A stretch of 64,000 nt of DNA from Lama glama. Taxonomy: Eukaryota. The notes below the pieces were generated by a model. It was not told where the DNA came from. It made no database searches and worked only from the letters and a program-made list of their open reading frames with translations. Of the stretch, positions 11,336 through 24,819 are shown piece by piece. A program made the translations under genes and the position numbers. The stretch spans positions 44,704,001 to 44,768,000 of the forward strand of contig CM052816.1 of assembly GCA_028534125.1 (NCBI GenBank), written 5' to 3'. Position 1 is the first letter of the stretch, and the number at the start of each line of letters is the position of its first letter.

Positions 11336-14300
11336 AGATTCTTAGTTTTGTGCATTAGGTGAAGAGCCTCTGGAAATCCATGATTTCACATGTGGAATTT
11401 ATCTAACAATGACATTGACTTCAATCCCATAAAAATTGGAAAATTTTTAAAAAAGAGAACTCAGCTAAGATAGCAGAGAAGTGGAATGTGCAGTGAGTTG
11501 ATATATCACATAACCCAATTATTATCAACACAAGTGCAGGATAAATTGTATTTTCCCTACTTTGCAAATAAGAATTGCCATCTAAGGAAGAGCCAAATAT
11601 TTTTTCTTTAGTATTATAATTAAATGGTTCAACTAGTATTTAAGCACAGGATTATGAGGTTTTAATATGTGTATTTTTGCCAGTATAAAGCTTTCCTTCC
11701 TAAATGTATATTTGAAACAGTGATGAAATTTTTAATAATAGTTTTACATTAATCATTATAATGAGATCAAACAGGTTTTAGAAGCACTAGCTCTAATTCT
11801 ACATTATTTCCAAGAGTTATAAATCTTCAAAATTAAAAAAATAAATAAATTTACATTTATTTCAACAGGGAGCAGCTTTCTTCCCAAAGAAGACCTATCA
11901 ATGTGTTAGGAAACATCAGTATTACAAAGAACAATGTTTGGGAAAGTGGTATCAGCACAGTTGCATGTGTTTATTCATTATTTATGTAACATATTAGAGT
12001 CCATCACTTACCATGATTTATATACACTACACACACATAAGTATCTCTATCTAGATATGTATCTATCCATACATATATTACACACATCCAAAAATCTTTA
12101 GGTTTCATTCTAAGAAGAGGCCAAATGTTTTTTTTGTATAACACCCTACATACCTCAATGTATCAATACACATTTAACTCCAGTTCCTTACTGTACTTAA
12201 TAGAAATTCACAAGATAAAAAAAGAAAAAGTGTAGGAAGGATTTACTAACTTGGTCAAGGTGACATAATGAAATTTCTGCTTTCAGTTTATTCTTCCAGT
12301 CACTGGACAATCCTTCTGTAGTTTACTCAAACTAATTTTTGAGTTCTGGAAGATGAGAAGGGAGAAAAAAAGTAGATAATATTTAATTTCAAAGGATAAT
12401 TCTACTTTTCTCTTTTGGGTAAAAGAGGAAATAACAAAAATATGGTAGTATGAAACTATCACTTGAAAGAAAACATCTACGTTTAAGACTAATTAAAAAT
12501 TGTCAGCATTTCAATTAGCATGGATGTTGCTTGGTTTCAGCTTTGCAAATTTACTACAACAGTCATATGGTCAGAATGGGGATGGAGCTCTTATTTTAAT
12601 TATGAGTTTTGCTTCTGCAGAAAGAAAAATGTAGATTTATCATGCTCTAATAGATAATCAAAGGAGAAGAGTTCAAACTCTCAATAGTACAATGACTCTC
12701 CCCCAAACAGACCTTTTCCTTTTAAGCCCCAGATCAATAAATGACCCTTTTGATCAGAGAACAAACTAAAACCTCCTCTATATTTTGCTTGTTACTTTCA
12801 TTTCTCCTTCAAGAAAAGATGAAGCCACTTAAGCAGCAGACCACAAAAGCACTGTGGCACTTTCATCCTAGTAAAGAGTTCAAAAAGTAAATAAAATTTT
12901 TGGAACTTATCTTGAAGAACAAAGCTAGCACCCAGTGGCTCAATATGCCTTTGGGGTTAGGGGTTTATTCAGAGCATCAAGAATCAGTATTTCCATCTAG
13001 ACATACAGGTGATCTAAATAGCATTCATAGGACTTTAAAAGCCTTTTTGAAATAAAAAGTAGAGTGAACTACAAAAGTATAAATTCTAAGTTTTCCTACA
13101 TTATTCCTACTTTGTAGAGCATTTGGTCAGAATTGGGGTGCCAGGACATCATATAGCAATCACCTATGAAAGGACACACTGGTCCACATGGCCGTGGCAC
13201 AGGAATAGATTAATGAGAACCCAGCAGCATGCCTCTCCTTTTCAATTAGCTTTCTGTCCATTTTCACAGGAAGCCACTAGATGGGGAAACTTTGTGGGTA
13301 TTTGCCACCCCCCCAGCAGAGCCTCATCTTCTCTTAATCTACTGAAATACAAACTAATTAAAGGAAGTGTAAATGCTGAAAAATAAAAAGAAAGGATACA
13401 TGGGTATATCTGGCAAGGACTGATGCACACATTGGCAGCAAAACTGGATATTTTGGTGGAAAATAAATGGTTAGGGAAGAATAAAATATCTAACTCTCTG
13501 TAAGGCTGACATTTCTGTTTTTTATGAAGTGATTTGGGGGCATTCTGGGCATAATGGGATAAGGAGATTAAATTGTGAATAATATTAAGAAATATTACTC
13601 TTGAATACATTTTAAATGTGAGGACAAAGTACAAAACCTCTTCTTTCCTCCACCCTCTGGCACATTGCCAAATTAAGGAAGTATTCACTGGGTGGTTTAT
13701 TTGGTTCATATCTGCATCACTGAATAGGCAAAGCTACTGAGAATACAGTTCAGTTTAAGTTCCACATTTTGATCACCTGCTATTTATTTCCTTTTGGCCC
13801 TAAGATGATTCAATACCTGTTTTGCTCTCACAGTCACAGTTAAATTCACCCACACAATTGAAATCTAGTTGGAAAGAAAAAAGAAAAAAAAAAACTTAGC
13901 TATTTCTATGGAAAATGTGCCCTAAGGAAAAAACCACTCTAATGTCAGAACAAAAAAATGACAATTTTGTATTTGAGCATTTCTTACTGGAAATGTTAAT
14001 TGCAAAATGTGCCAGCTAAGATTTGCTCTATAGTTATCAGCACGTGTGTATCTCATTTGCTGCTTTGTCTTGCTGCAGTCGGAGTGAGTGATGTTCTTGA
14101 ATTATTGCTCTTTCCAAATTCTTTTTCCTTCTACTTCCCTTGCTTTGCTAGTTCTCAGGTTTCAGTCGCCATTGTTCCCTTCCTCTGGTACTCCTCCTGG
14201 AATTCTAGCTTTGTAAAACGCTGTCGTGAAAGGTTGCAGGATTTTCTCCCCTCCACTTGTATACTGCCAAGGGACTCTTTTTGAAGGCCTTACTTTCACC

Positions 14301-15046
14301 ATCAAGAACTAGGGAGGCAGACCCAGTGGCCTTAAGGGATTTAATTAGAGTTCACCAAGTTACAATCTCCAAGCTCTCAAAGACCTAATTTAAATACAAG
14401 TTCGCTCATTTTTTCAACTATTTCTTAGACTGTTATTAAAATTTCAGGTTATTAAAGGGAACATCCTGCGTTCTGCAATACACAGAAAATAAACCTGGGT
14501 TATGCAGAATCTCAAACATCCTCCAGGTGCAAATGCAAAATTCTGCCAATTGCTAGGAAAGTAATAAGGAATAAGCATATAAATTATGGAAACTATTGTG
14601 GAATTGTGTTGATCATTATCATTTATATGGGTAACACCAGTTTTATAGGAAATAATCATTGGCACCAGATCAGTGAGAGAAAATACGTAATTTAATGTAT
14701 TTGTGGTCAGTTGTCCTATTAGTACCTTGTATAAAAATGATTATTATTATGACTCTTTAATTTAGGTGGTGGTGTATTCCTTTTCTTAAGCTGTCAGCCA
14801 GAACCCTTGTTAAAAGCTGATGATGAATCACATCAATTTATAAAAACTTTCTGGTCAATCAAATCTCTGGAGCACAAAGTTATGATAGGAGAGCCATGTA
14901 TAATGTAATTTCTGATTGACAACATTGCAACTTAAAGAGAAAAAAAAATGCTGGTCTTTTTTTTGCCCTTTCCTTTCTACACTAAGAATTGTGTCTTAAT
15001 TAGATCTTCTAACCAGAGACTGACTTAAAACATGAATTGACTACAC

Positions 15047-15058
15047 TTTGACGTCAAA
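15047..15058. promoter_or_regulatory. Full CRE palindrome (TGACGTCA) extended to 12 bp
   Basis: tttgacgtcaaa seen directly; function unproven. Confidence 0.25.
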
Positions 15059-16370
15059 AATTAAACAACTAACTACCTTAGAATCCACATAGCTTGGCAT
15101 GAAGAACCAACAGGGCGACACTGGGAGGTACCACTAAGCCAGGGGTCACATAAATCAGACAAATGGGCAAAAAGAAAAGCTAATAGGTCTTCCAGAGCAT
15201 TTAATGATTTAAAGATCACTCAAACAAAATGGAAGAAATTCATAGAGGGCAGAGAGATGGAAAGAAAATGAATGCTTTGCCACCTCAATTTGATTCGGGG
15301 TGTAATTTATAAAACACTTCAACATTGTTTTGTTGCTTTTTTTTTCCCTAATCTCCACCAGAAAACTCCTTAGTGAAATAATTGTGAGAACTCTGTAACA
15401 GCCATTGTTTTCAGGTATTTCTCAGCTTACATCCCTTAGTGTTATCATATAATTAGTATATTAGCTTGCTTAACTTCCACTACAGCTTCAATAAATGGAT
15501 TAAAGATCTTGGTCTTTCAGAGAGCTAACTGATGAGACACAAAGAATTTAGGTCATCTCTACACTTTGGATTTTTTATTATTTATATGCTTTTAAATGGC
15601 ATAAAATCTTAGGTACTTCTCCATCTAGTATTTAAATCATTTCATTCTTAAAAAAATAGCAGTAAAATTACAAATATGAAATATTTTATGCCAATTTACA
15701 CTATAAGTCAAGTCATATTTTAAACCTGCTTAGTTTTTGGCATTACTGTACAGAAAAATAGTAAAATTATCATCTTATAAAAGCACACTAATTCTCACTT
15801 ACAACATTACAAGACTAGTTTATTGGTATGAATTCACACGAACTTCCCAAGATGAAATATTTTTCATAATTTAAAATTTTAAAGTTACGGTTTATAATGA
15901 TCACTCTGGAGCAGTAAAGGAAAATCTGTTTCTTTAGTAGATGTGTTAAAAATTCTTTCAATTTGCTTTCCACCAAAAGATCATGCTTAAGTACTTCCAT
16001 TAAATAGAAAATATTTTTCAGGTTTGCCTTATTATTTAATGAAATTCAAAATCAGTTTGCAAAGGCAATCGCCCCATTCCCCCAGCCCTCCAAAAAAATC
16101 TTGTCATTTCATGACAAACATAGATTTCCTGAGAGATGGAAAACATTCACTGTGAAAATTGCTATATTTATCCTTGAGACATATTTGGTAAAATTCACTA
16201 ATTTGCCCAGTGCATAATTTCAGTATGTTCATGGAAAAACAAACTGTCTTCCCAATGACTTTGAAACAGAATCCCTCTGCTCTTAGAATTCAATGGAAGC
16301 AAGTGCTATGTAAATACTAATGATGAGTATGATCTTCCCAGGCAGTGGGAAGGAAAATTCTCTTTCTGGT

Positions 16371-16371
16371 C

Positions 16372-16402
<31 letters not shown>

Positions 16403-16404
16403 CA
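16371..16404. repeat. (CA)12 microsatellite with cata leader
   Basis: cacatacata followed by (ca)12. Confidence 0.95.
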
Positions 16405-17159
16405 TGTGTATGTGATCTTTTTAGGAAAGGCCTTTATAATACAGTCATAAAAATAATTAAAACGGTGCTTTGCAAATAAACATTTAAGTCAGAGACCAAG
16501 ATTGAGACAACAAAGCAAGATGACTACTTTTCTTAATCACATAGGTGAGATGCTATCTGCCTTTCCAGTGGTCTCTGAAGATTCTAGTTGAAGTTAATTT
16601 GTTTTAATTGGATGCTGCAAAATTTTCTCACATAATATGCTAAAAACTGAGCTAAGTCTACCTTTGGTTCCCTCTGATAAAATTTTTTGGTTTTGTATAT
16701 GCTAGTTGATAAAAAGGAACTGAATTTCTCAAATTTAAAGGTGAATGTGGACTCACCTCGGAGTGGTGCTCCCAGTCTCCTGTCCAAGGAGAGTTCACAC
16801 AGCCTCAAATCATGACCAGATTGCTTTTTGTGCATTATTAAGTAAAAGCCATTAGACATCTCATTTAATTTAAAATAAACATAGAATCAGACTTGATTTT
16901 GACTACTCACATGTAGGTTGGTACTGTATATTTATCTAAATTACTATGTAATAGATTTCACAAAGAACTTTCAACAAAACATAAGCACATAAAATATTCA
17001 TAATTTAACCATTTCTTCTGCTTACAATTCTAGCATCGAAAGAGGCAGGGAAGTGTAGCCAAAGTGAGTGACTTCATGACCATAATAGACCATAAAAGGC
17101 TATAATGCATAGTTTAATGCCTTGCACACCAAAATGTTGGGAGCAAATTAAGGGTAGCT

Positions 17160-17466
17160 TCTATAAATTGAATGTGTACCCCCCCCCGCCAATTTATATG
17201 TTGAAATCCCAACAATCAATGTGATAATGTTGGGAGGTGGGCCTTTGGGAGGTAATTAGGTTATTAGGGTGGAGCCTTCTCAAGTGGGATTAGTGCCCTG
17301 ATTAAGAACCCAGAGAGCTCCCTTGTCTCTTCAGTGACACGACAGCCACCTATGAACCAGAAAGCAGCTATCATCAGACACCAAACCTGCCCTTGCCTTG
17401 ATCTTGGCCTTCCCAGCCTCCAGAACTGTGGGATATTGTTATAGCAGCCTGAGTGGGCTACCATCA
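17160..17466 (+). mobile_element. MLT1A-like MaLR solo LTR
   Basis: ttatatgttgaaatcc, ggaggtgggcctttgggaggtaattagg, gggattagtgccct, gccttgatcttggccttcccagcctccagaactgtg, gttatagcagcc; possible 5-bp TSD tagct/cagct. Confidence 0.9.
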
Positions 17467-19269
17467 CAGCTATAGCTTAACTCGTGTACATTTCTGGAAA
17501 AACACTTTCCTTCATAAAGAAAATTCCATCCTACATATCTGCCTCTCTTGACTAGGGTATGTAAATTTATATAATTTTTACTATATCTTGACTAAAAATA
17601 ATTACAAAAAATCAACATAAAAAGTAGATGATGTGAGATTGCAAAATCATAAAACATCATAAAACCGAGGGTGAGTGTTATGAGGCAGAGAAAGGACTAA
17701 AGATTTCCTGCATTTTTTTTTAAGATTCTGTGAAAATACTCTATTAAACCAAAAGGCCAAAGGAGAACCCAGAGAAAGTCCAGAGCCCAAGATTAAAACC
17801 ACAGAAGAGTTTCAGAGATTCACTAACTTAAAGGAAAAAGTTTAAAACAATATATCCACAGCCTAAGAAACTGCTAGTTATAGTAGATGAAACATTTTGA
17901 GCATTATCACGAAGGAATGATACTCAAAATATATCTAAGATCCACCAGTTTTTCATGCCTATTCTAATCCTTGCTCTCTTCACTTTAATTCTGGGTTCTT
18001 GTACCACCTGTTGACACAAATGCACTTGATTGTAGAAAAAAACTAGAAGTTACAAAAACAGCCACTCAGCTAGTCCTCAGGCCTCTTGCATCTGTCCTTC
18101 CTCAAAGACATTCTGTCTATCACTGACCACCAATATGTGAGACATACAACTAAAAATGCTCATTTTTAAGGTCTGGATTAAATGCTTACTGAGAGGGTCA
18201 CATTGATTATACCAAGACCATCATTGTTTTCACCTGATAACATAACAGACATAAATTTGAACTAAAGTTTAAAAGAACTGACAGCTCAGCAATTTTCTTA
18301 TAGTTTACTTGTGCTAATACTATGAGTATTGCTTTCACTGTGAACTTTCTGTATAGTTTTTTTTCAATTCACTAGAAATCTTTGGAGACTTAAGTTAGAT
18401 AAAACTACAAAACATAATATATGAATCATCTTAACTGAATACTCATCAACTGCAAAATGTATCAAGACATGGAATACAAATGAACAAGGCAGTACCATAA
18501 GACAACGTGCAGTATCCTCCCTGCCTTGAGAATATCTCACACACAGTATGTAACTTGTGACTCTTTGACATTTTGTACAAGACTGGGTGCCAGTGTTGAT
18601 CCTTATATTACTAAGGAATTATGTTTGAGTTTTTATACAAATCACATGGTATAAAAGTTATATCTTCCTCTAGAATTCCACCATCATGTACGTAGTACTT
18701 CTCTGTAGTTAGTGCACAACCCCTCCCACACAGGATGGAGGGAATAACTATATATTATCATCAGACCAATATTCATAAAACTACCAAAGATGTATCAGTC
18801 CTCTCAAGTATTTACATCATGATTTATCAGGGATTTCCTGTACAAATCCGTTTTATTCTAACATTGAAAGTTTTAATATCATCCACCCTCATTTTATCTT
18901 TTTCCCTCAGTTCCCATGACTGCTCAACACTGATGCCCTGTTTTCTCTGGCTCAATCTCTACCACACAATGGAGGTTTTTCTAAAACTGTCTTCTTTTTT
19001 TCCTATATTCCTGTCTAAGTTCCACTTCCTGAAACTTTCTGCAATTAAGTAAGTCCACACTGTTTACTCCTTTTATACAACTGCATTGTTCATTGTCCCA
19101 TATAAGTCATTCATTCATCTGAAAAACTCTGTCTTTGGTCTTCTTCTGCCTCCTCCTCAACCCATTTTCCAGTTTTCAGTCATTGTCTTTTATTTGTATA
19201 AAACACTTAAATACCTGCCTATAAGGTGAAAAATCTTTAATACGTTGTTTTACTCGATTTATAGCTACA

Positions 19270-19738
19270 CTGTGAATAACAAAACACAATGTGTGAATGA
19301 TTTTAAACTGGGAACTAATTGCTGACTATTATAACACTATGGGGAAGGCATTTTAGGATTTCATGACAGCATTACTTCCAGTATCATCAAGGGATCTAGG
19401 GCCCTTCAGCATTGCTGCTTTGCTATTTGTTAGATTATATCCTTGCTCCCATGATCCAAGATGGTTCACCACCCCAAACACATTCCAAAAAGTAGGGTGG
19501 GAGAGAAGAGAGAGATGGAAGAACTGTCTCTCACTCGAAGGACAGATTCTACAAATAATACACCCCATCTTCTCACACCACTTTGCCCTCAACTTAGTCA
19601 AAAGTCACACCTCGCTAGCAAAGAGACTGGAAAATACAGTATTTATCTCAGGTATTTGTAAACCCAGCTAAAAACTGGGTATTTTTGTTACGAAAAGAGA
19701 AGTGAATAGTAGACAAGGATTTCAGGGCTCTCTACCAT
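19270..19738 (-). mobile_element. Old MaLR LTR (MLT1J-like)
   Basis: tcatcaagggatctagg, catgatccaagatgg, aacttagtca..cacacct..gcaaagagactggaaaatacagt, cccagctaaaaactggg match the reverse MLT1J pattern. Confidence 0.7.
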
Positions 19739-21069
19739 TAACTCTATGTCTCTCTAGTATTCTCATTCTTTTACTCCCTCTACTTTAGCAGTAATAAAAT
19801 TCTTTCATTTCCTCAGTCTCTACCTTTAGCCTGAGCCACACTATCTATCTTGGGATGATTAACATCTAGTCATTCTTCACCCCTCACATTAAGATCACTC
19901 CCTCAGGGAGTCCTCCATCCAGTTGAGCCTTATTATAAAGTCCAATAGCACTCTAACCCCTTTGATACATCCATTATACTTCTGTTTGAATGTTTAATGC
20001 TTGTTATTTTTCATTGTGCAATCTAATCCATAAAAATAGGTCAATGTGACAAAAGCTCAAAGTACCTTGAGAAAAGATTTATCATAAAAAGTCAGCAAAG
20101 CCTTCAGTTTGGAAGTTGGAAGTTCATTTTGGAAACTGAATTTTAATCTGTGCAGGCATAGGTAATGGGAAAAGAACTACAAGGAATGCAACCCATTAAT
20201 TGGGTGGACCAGACTTCACTGAAAGAAGCAAGTTTATTTTTTCTCACTATAGGATTTGAAAACTCACTATATGAATCCAGTTTTCACTGTTTCTGGGATG
20301 AAATCTCAGACAGGTCCCACAGATTTTTCTAGTCACTTGTAGATTAATTGAAATGCCCAGTTCATCCTAATCATCCCATAACTGCAGGCCAGTCCAGTAT
20401 ACTTTATAACTTCAAACTACTATTCAATTTAGACTACTTCCAAGGCCTTGGAAGCCTAGAATTAGGAAGAGAAATTAGAAATGAAGAACTCTGTCTTGTA
20501 AAGGTGGCAGCATTATAATGCAGCATTGGCAAGCTCTGGGTGGCTATTGATGCATCGCTCTTTTGTCTTTCATTGGGGAATTTTGTGGATTCAACAGAGA
20601 TGCTTCTACCTGAGCTCTCCAATTGTAGCTCCCATAGTGCTGGCTCTGACTGGCCACTTACAACACCCTCAGCAACCCCGTGCCTCTGTTGAAATAGTTG
20701 AACACTTCTTTACAGTCCCCTTGAGTGGAATTTCTCACAAGGAAACCTAAGAATGAATACTTTTAGTGGGTTTCATACCTAGTCACCAAAAGACACCCTT
20801 TTTCCCTTCAAACTCTGAAGCTCATGCAAACACTATTACTTCCCTTTATTAAATCAGCAGGAAAAGGCAGCTTCCACCAGATCCTCTGTCCTTTTTAGGT
20901 AAGAGAGAGAAATTAGTCACGAGATCCCCACAATGCAAAAGAAAGCATGTTAAACTCTCTGAGCTGTCCTTTTGAAGGTCCCTTCATTTAATCTGATGCG
21001 AGAAATACCCATTTTCATGTCCTCCATGAAAGGGATGGAGATCAAAACAATTTTAAAAATCTCTTCAAA

Positions 21070-22290
21070 GAAAAACATAGGCAAAACATTCTCTGACATA
21101 AATCTTAGCGATGTCCTCCTTAAGGCAGTCTACCCAGGCAATAGAAATAAAAGCAGAAATTAACAAATGGGGCCTAATTAAACTTATAAACTTTTACATA
21201 GCAAAGGAAACCATAAGCAAAACAAAATGACAACCTATGGAATGGGAGAAAATATTTGCAAATGATATGACTCACAAAGGTTTAATTTCCAGAATATATA
21301 AACAGCTCATACAACTTAAGGACAAAAAAAAACAAACAACCCAATCTAAAAATGGGCAGAAGATCTAAACAAGCAATTCTCCAATGAAGACATGCAAATG
21401 TCCAACAGGCACATGAAAAAAATGCTCAATATTGCTAATTATCAGAGAAATGGAAATCAAAACTACAATGAGGTATCACCTCACACAGGTCAGAATGGCC
21501 ACCATTCAAAAGTTCACAAGCGATAAATGCTAGAGAGACTATGGAGAAAAAGGAACCCTCCTACACTGCTGGTGGGAATGTAGTTTGGTGCAGCCATTAT
21601 GGAAAACAGTATGGAGATTCTTCAAAAGACTAAATATAGACTTACCGTATGATCCAGCAATCCCACTCCTGGGCATATAACCAGAGGGAACTATAATTTA
21701 AAAAGATACATGCACTCCAATATTCATAGCATCACTATATACAATAGCCAACATATGGAAACAACCTAAATGTCCATTGACAGATGATTGGATTAAAGAA
21801 GATGTGGTATATTTACACAATGGAATACTATTCAGCCATAAAAAAGAATAAAACAATGCCATTTGGTTGGACCTAGAGATCATAATTCTAAGTGAAGTAA
21901 TCCAGAAAGAGGAAAAAAAAATACCATGTGATATCACTCATATGTGGAATCTAAAAAAAGAAAAAATGAGTACACTAATGAATTCATCTACAAAACAGAA
22001 ACCGGCTTACAGACATAGTAAACAATCTTATGGTTACTGAGGGAAAGGGAGTGGGAAGGGATAAATTTGGAAGTTTGAGATTTGCAAAGGTTAGCCACTA
22101 TATATAAAAATAGATAAAAAAAATATTCTGTATAGCACAGGGAATTATATTCAGTACCCTATAGTAACTTTTAACGAAAAAGAATATGAAAACAAATATA
22201 TGTATACTGTATATGTATGACTGGGACATTGTGCTATAAATCAGAAATTGGCACATTGTAAATGACAATACTTTCATAAAAAAAGAAAAA
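21070..22290 (+). mobile_element. 5'-truncated young LINE-1 (ORF2 C-terminus + 3' UTR + A tail)
   Basis: Typical L1 3' sequence (aatgggagaaaatatttgcaaat, gatccagcaatcccactcctgggcata, G-rich tract, A tail); 19-bp TSD with 1 mismatch at 21055-21073 and 22288-22306. Confidence 0.95.
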
Positions 22291-24564
22291 AACCTCTTCA
22301 AAGAAATTTCTCCTTATGTCAATCTTCTAGTAAAGTTTAGCTACAGGTGATTGAACAGTCTTAGAACTGACTTTACTGTGTCTTAGTATGTGCTACAGAG
22401 ATAAGGAAACACCTCGCATGAAGATGAAGAGATATATGATTCTCTTGTACATACAGCCTTCATGGCTTCAAATAAGACTAAAAGAGAGGCATTCATTTAA
22501 CATCACATTTTAGGAGAAAAAATAAGGTTAATGTATAATTTAGAATCAGGCAACCTCTGGTTCTCCTGTATTTGGAGATAATCTAATAACCACCTTGACA
22601 GATGCAAAAGACTCATGCACCATACAAACAAACAAACCAACAAAAAAATTGAGGGAGAAAGCTGACAAGGGAAGTTGGAGACTTGAAGATCATTCTTAAG
22701 AGTTGAAATTTGTCCTACAGGCTAAACAGAACCACCACAGAATTTTACTGTGAGATTATTTTCAAAAACACATTATATTTCCCTTCACACATCTGTAATC
22801 ACTTCAAACCTTGAGAATGATAAAATTTGCTATAGGGACATTTCTATTAGTGACTCTATTATAATGTGATAGAATTGGATGGTCCCACTGGATTTACATA
22901 TCTCTGCATTTGGTTCAAAAATTATAGAATTTCAGAGTAAAGAAATCATAATATTCAACTTCAATTAATAATACAATGGAAAAAAACCTTTGTGAAATTC
23001 CTAGGCCACACAAAGACAGGAATACTGCCAATGAGGGCAGCATAGTAGCCTCTAATATAATTTTTCAGTTGAAGTCATGCAATCTAGCTGAAGAAAAGTT
23101 CAAAGTAGGAAAAAAAATCTATAAAATAACTTAGATAAGTCAGTAGGAATGCTTCCTTATGAACATTTTTTCTGAAGGAACTGTCCTTATCATTCAATTC
23201 TAAGTCTTAATAAAGAAGAAAGGGAGTTGGAAAGTCATATAACTTGATTCTACAAGAACCAGTTAGTGAATCTGAATAATAGTGCCAGAGATATGATAAT
23301 CAAATCCAGATCTATTAATGACACTGCCATGAGAATTATGTAAATATAAAAATAAAAGGACAAGAAGAGCCCCGAGGGACCACACATTTCACAAGAACAG
23401 TTTCTGATGAGCTGCTATCCAGTACAGTATGCTGTATGCTGTGTGTGCTGACAAAGATAATTACATTTCAAACTAACTTAATTTTGTCTCAGAATTCCAA
23501 CTCACGTTTCTGCAAGATCTAACAATACATCACTGTCCACTGTGTCAAAGGTGAGTGATAGATCCAACTTTGACAGTAGGCATCCACTTTTTCCCAGAAA
23601 CTCTCACATATCACTGAAAATAAACAGGTAGTTCCTGATAACTTAATGGGCTCCACAAAATTCATGTTAGAATTTTATCAAATATTAATCATAGATAATT
23701 GTGTCTTCGGGCAAAATATCAAACAAGTTCCCATTCTTTTCTTTTTCCCTAGAAGAGACAAAAACTAGAAAATCTTTATCAAAGTCTAGCAGGAACATAG
23801 TTGATAATCCTTAAATGTCTGTTGAATGAACATATGCACCCAATTTTACTCAACAGTCAATGAACTAGAGAAGAAAAGGCATGTAAAACAGTGTGCTAAT
23901 AGGTTATAATATTTTCATTTTTATTTAAAGTATATTCTGAATATAATTCCTCAATTATATGTGTCAGCAGAGCCAAATAAGTCCTTAAAATAAAACATAA
24001 AAAGCAAGATAATAAAACTAACTGCAACAAAGTTTCCCAAAACATGCAGAGATGTCTTCTGTATTTTTCCAAGACTTGTTCTGAATAATACTTTTAAGAA
24101 TAAAAAGGAGGAAGAAAATTTTATATCTATAGTGGGTATAAATCAAAGGCCATAAGCTAAGGTATGTGAATAAAAATCACCTTCATTATTTTCCTTCAGT
24201 CAATAAATTATATTCCCCCATCCCACTAAAATGGGGGGAAGTCAGCTCCATTCATTCTATTGTGCTTCCCTCCAAGATGGTGGGAATGCCCATAGTCATC
24301 AGTCAACACCAACTACCACAACAACAGTCTCTGTCTCAGTCTTTATTGTTCCTTCAGAAGTGCCATTTCTGCTGTTTCAATGCCCTTCTCATCACCTAGT
24401 GTCCTGTCTGCAGCGATCTGCCACAAAAATGTGCTAATTTTAGAGTTACATACCAATTATTTCTCTCCCCAAGTCTCTGTGAATACTTTCAACTTAAGAG
24501 ATATCGCCCTCTTTTCCTCTTGTCAAACTTTCCAGGGTATCTAGCATATTCTTATCGGGACTGA

Positions 24565-24810
24565 GTTTTATCAAGATAAGCCAGGAAAAAAATTGCATTA
24601 TTTAAGAATAAGTTGAGCTGTTATCACAGAATATTTAATAAGACTGAAACAACAAATTTACTTCTCTTTCACATAACATCCACAGATCAGAGACCCTCTA
24701 ATAATAGGAGAGTTTTACCATCTTCAATCTAGGGGGCCTTGTTTTTGAATCAAGGTACTTGCTCAGGTTTTCCTCACCTCCTAGCCAATGGAAAGGAGAA
24801 AGACTGCCAT
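24565..24810 (-). mobile_element. Old MaLR LTR fragment
   Basis: gactgaaacaacaaatttacttctctttcacataaca...accatcttcaa resembles the reverse 3' part of an MLT1. Confidence 0.4.
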
Positions 24811-24819
24811 ATTAAATTC

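Noticed and set aside
11582..12134. Imperfect ~23-bp direct repeat ctaag..gagccaaat.ttttt about 530 bp apart
   Set aside because: Short, mismatched and AT-rich; the similarity does not extend and there is no element structure between the copies.
14294..14308. 15-nt minus-strand microexon ctag|TTCTTGATGGTGAAA|gtaagg
   Set aside because: Short pyrimidine tract, weak exon-side donor bases, and the peptide is not recognised.
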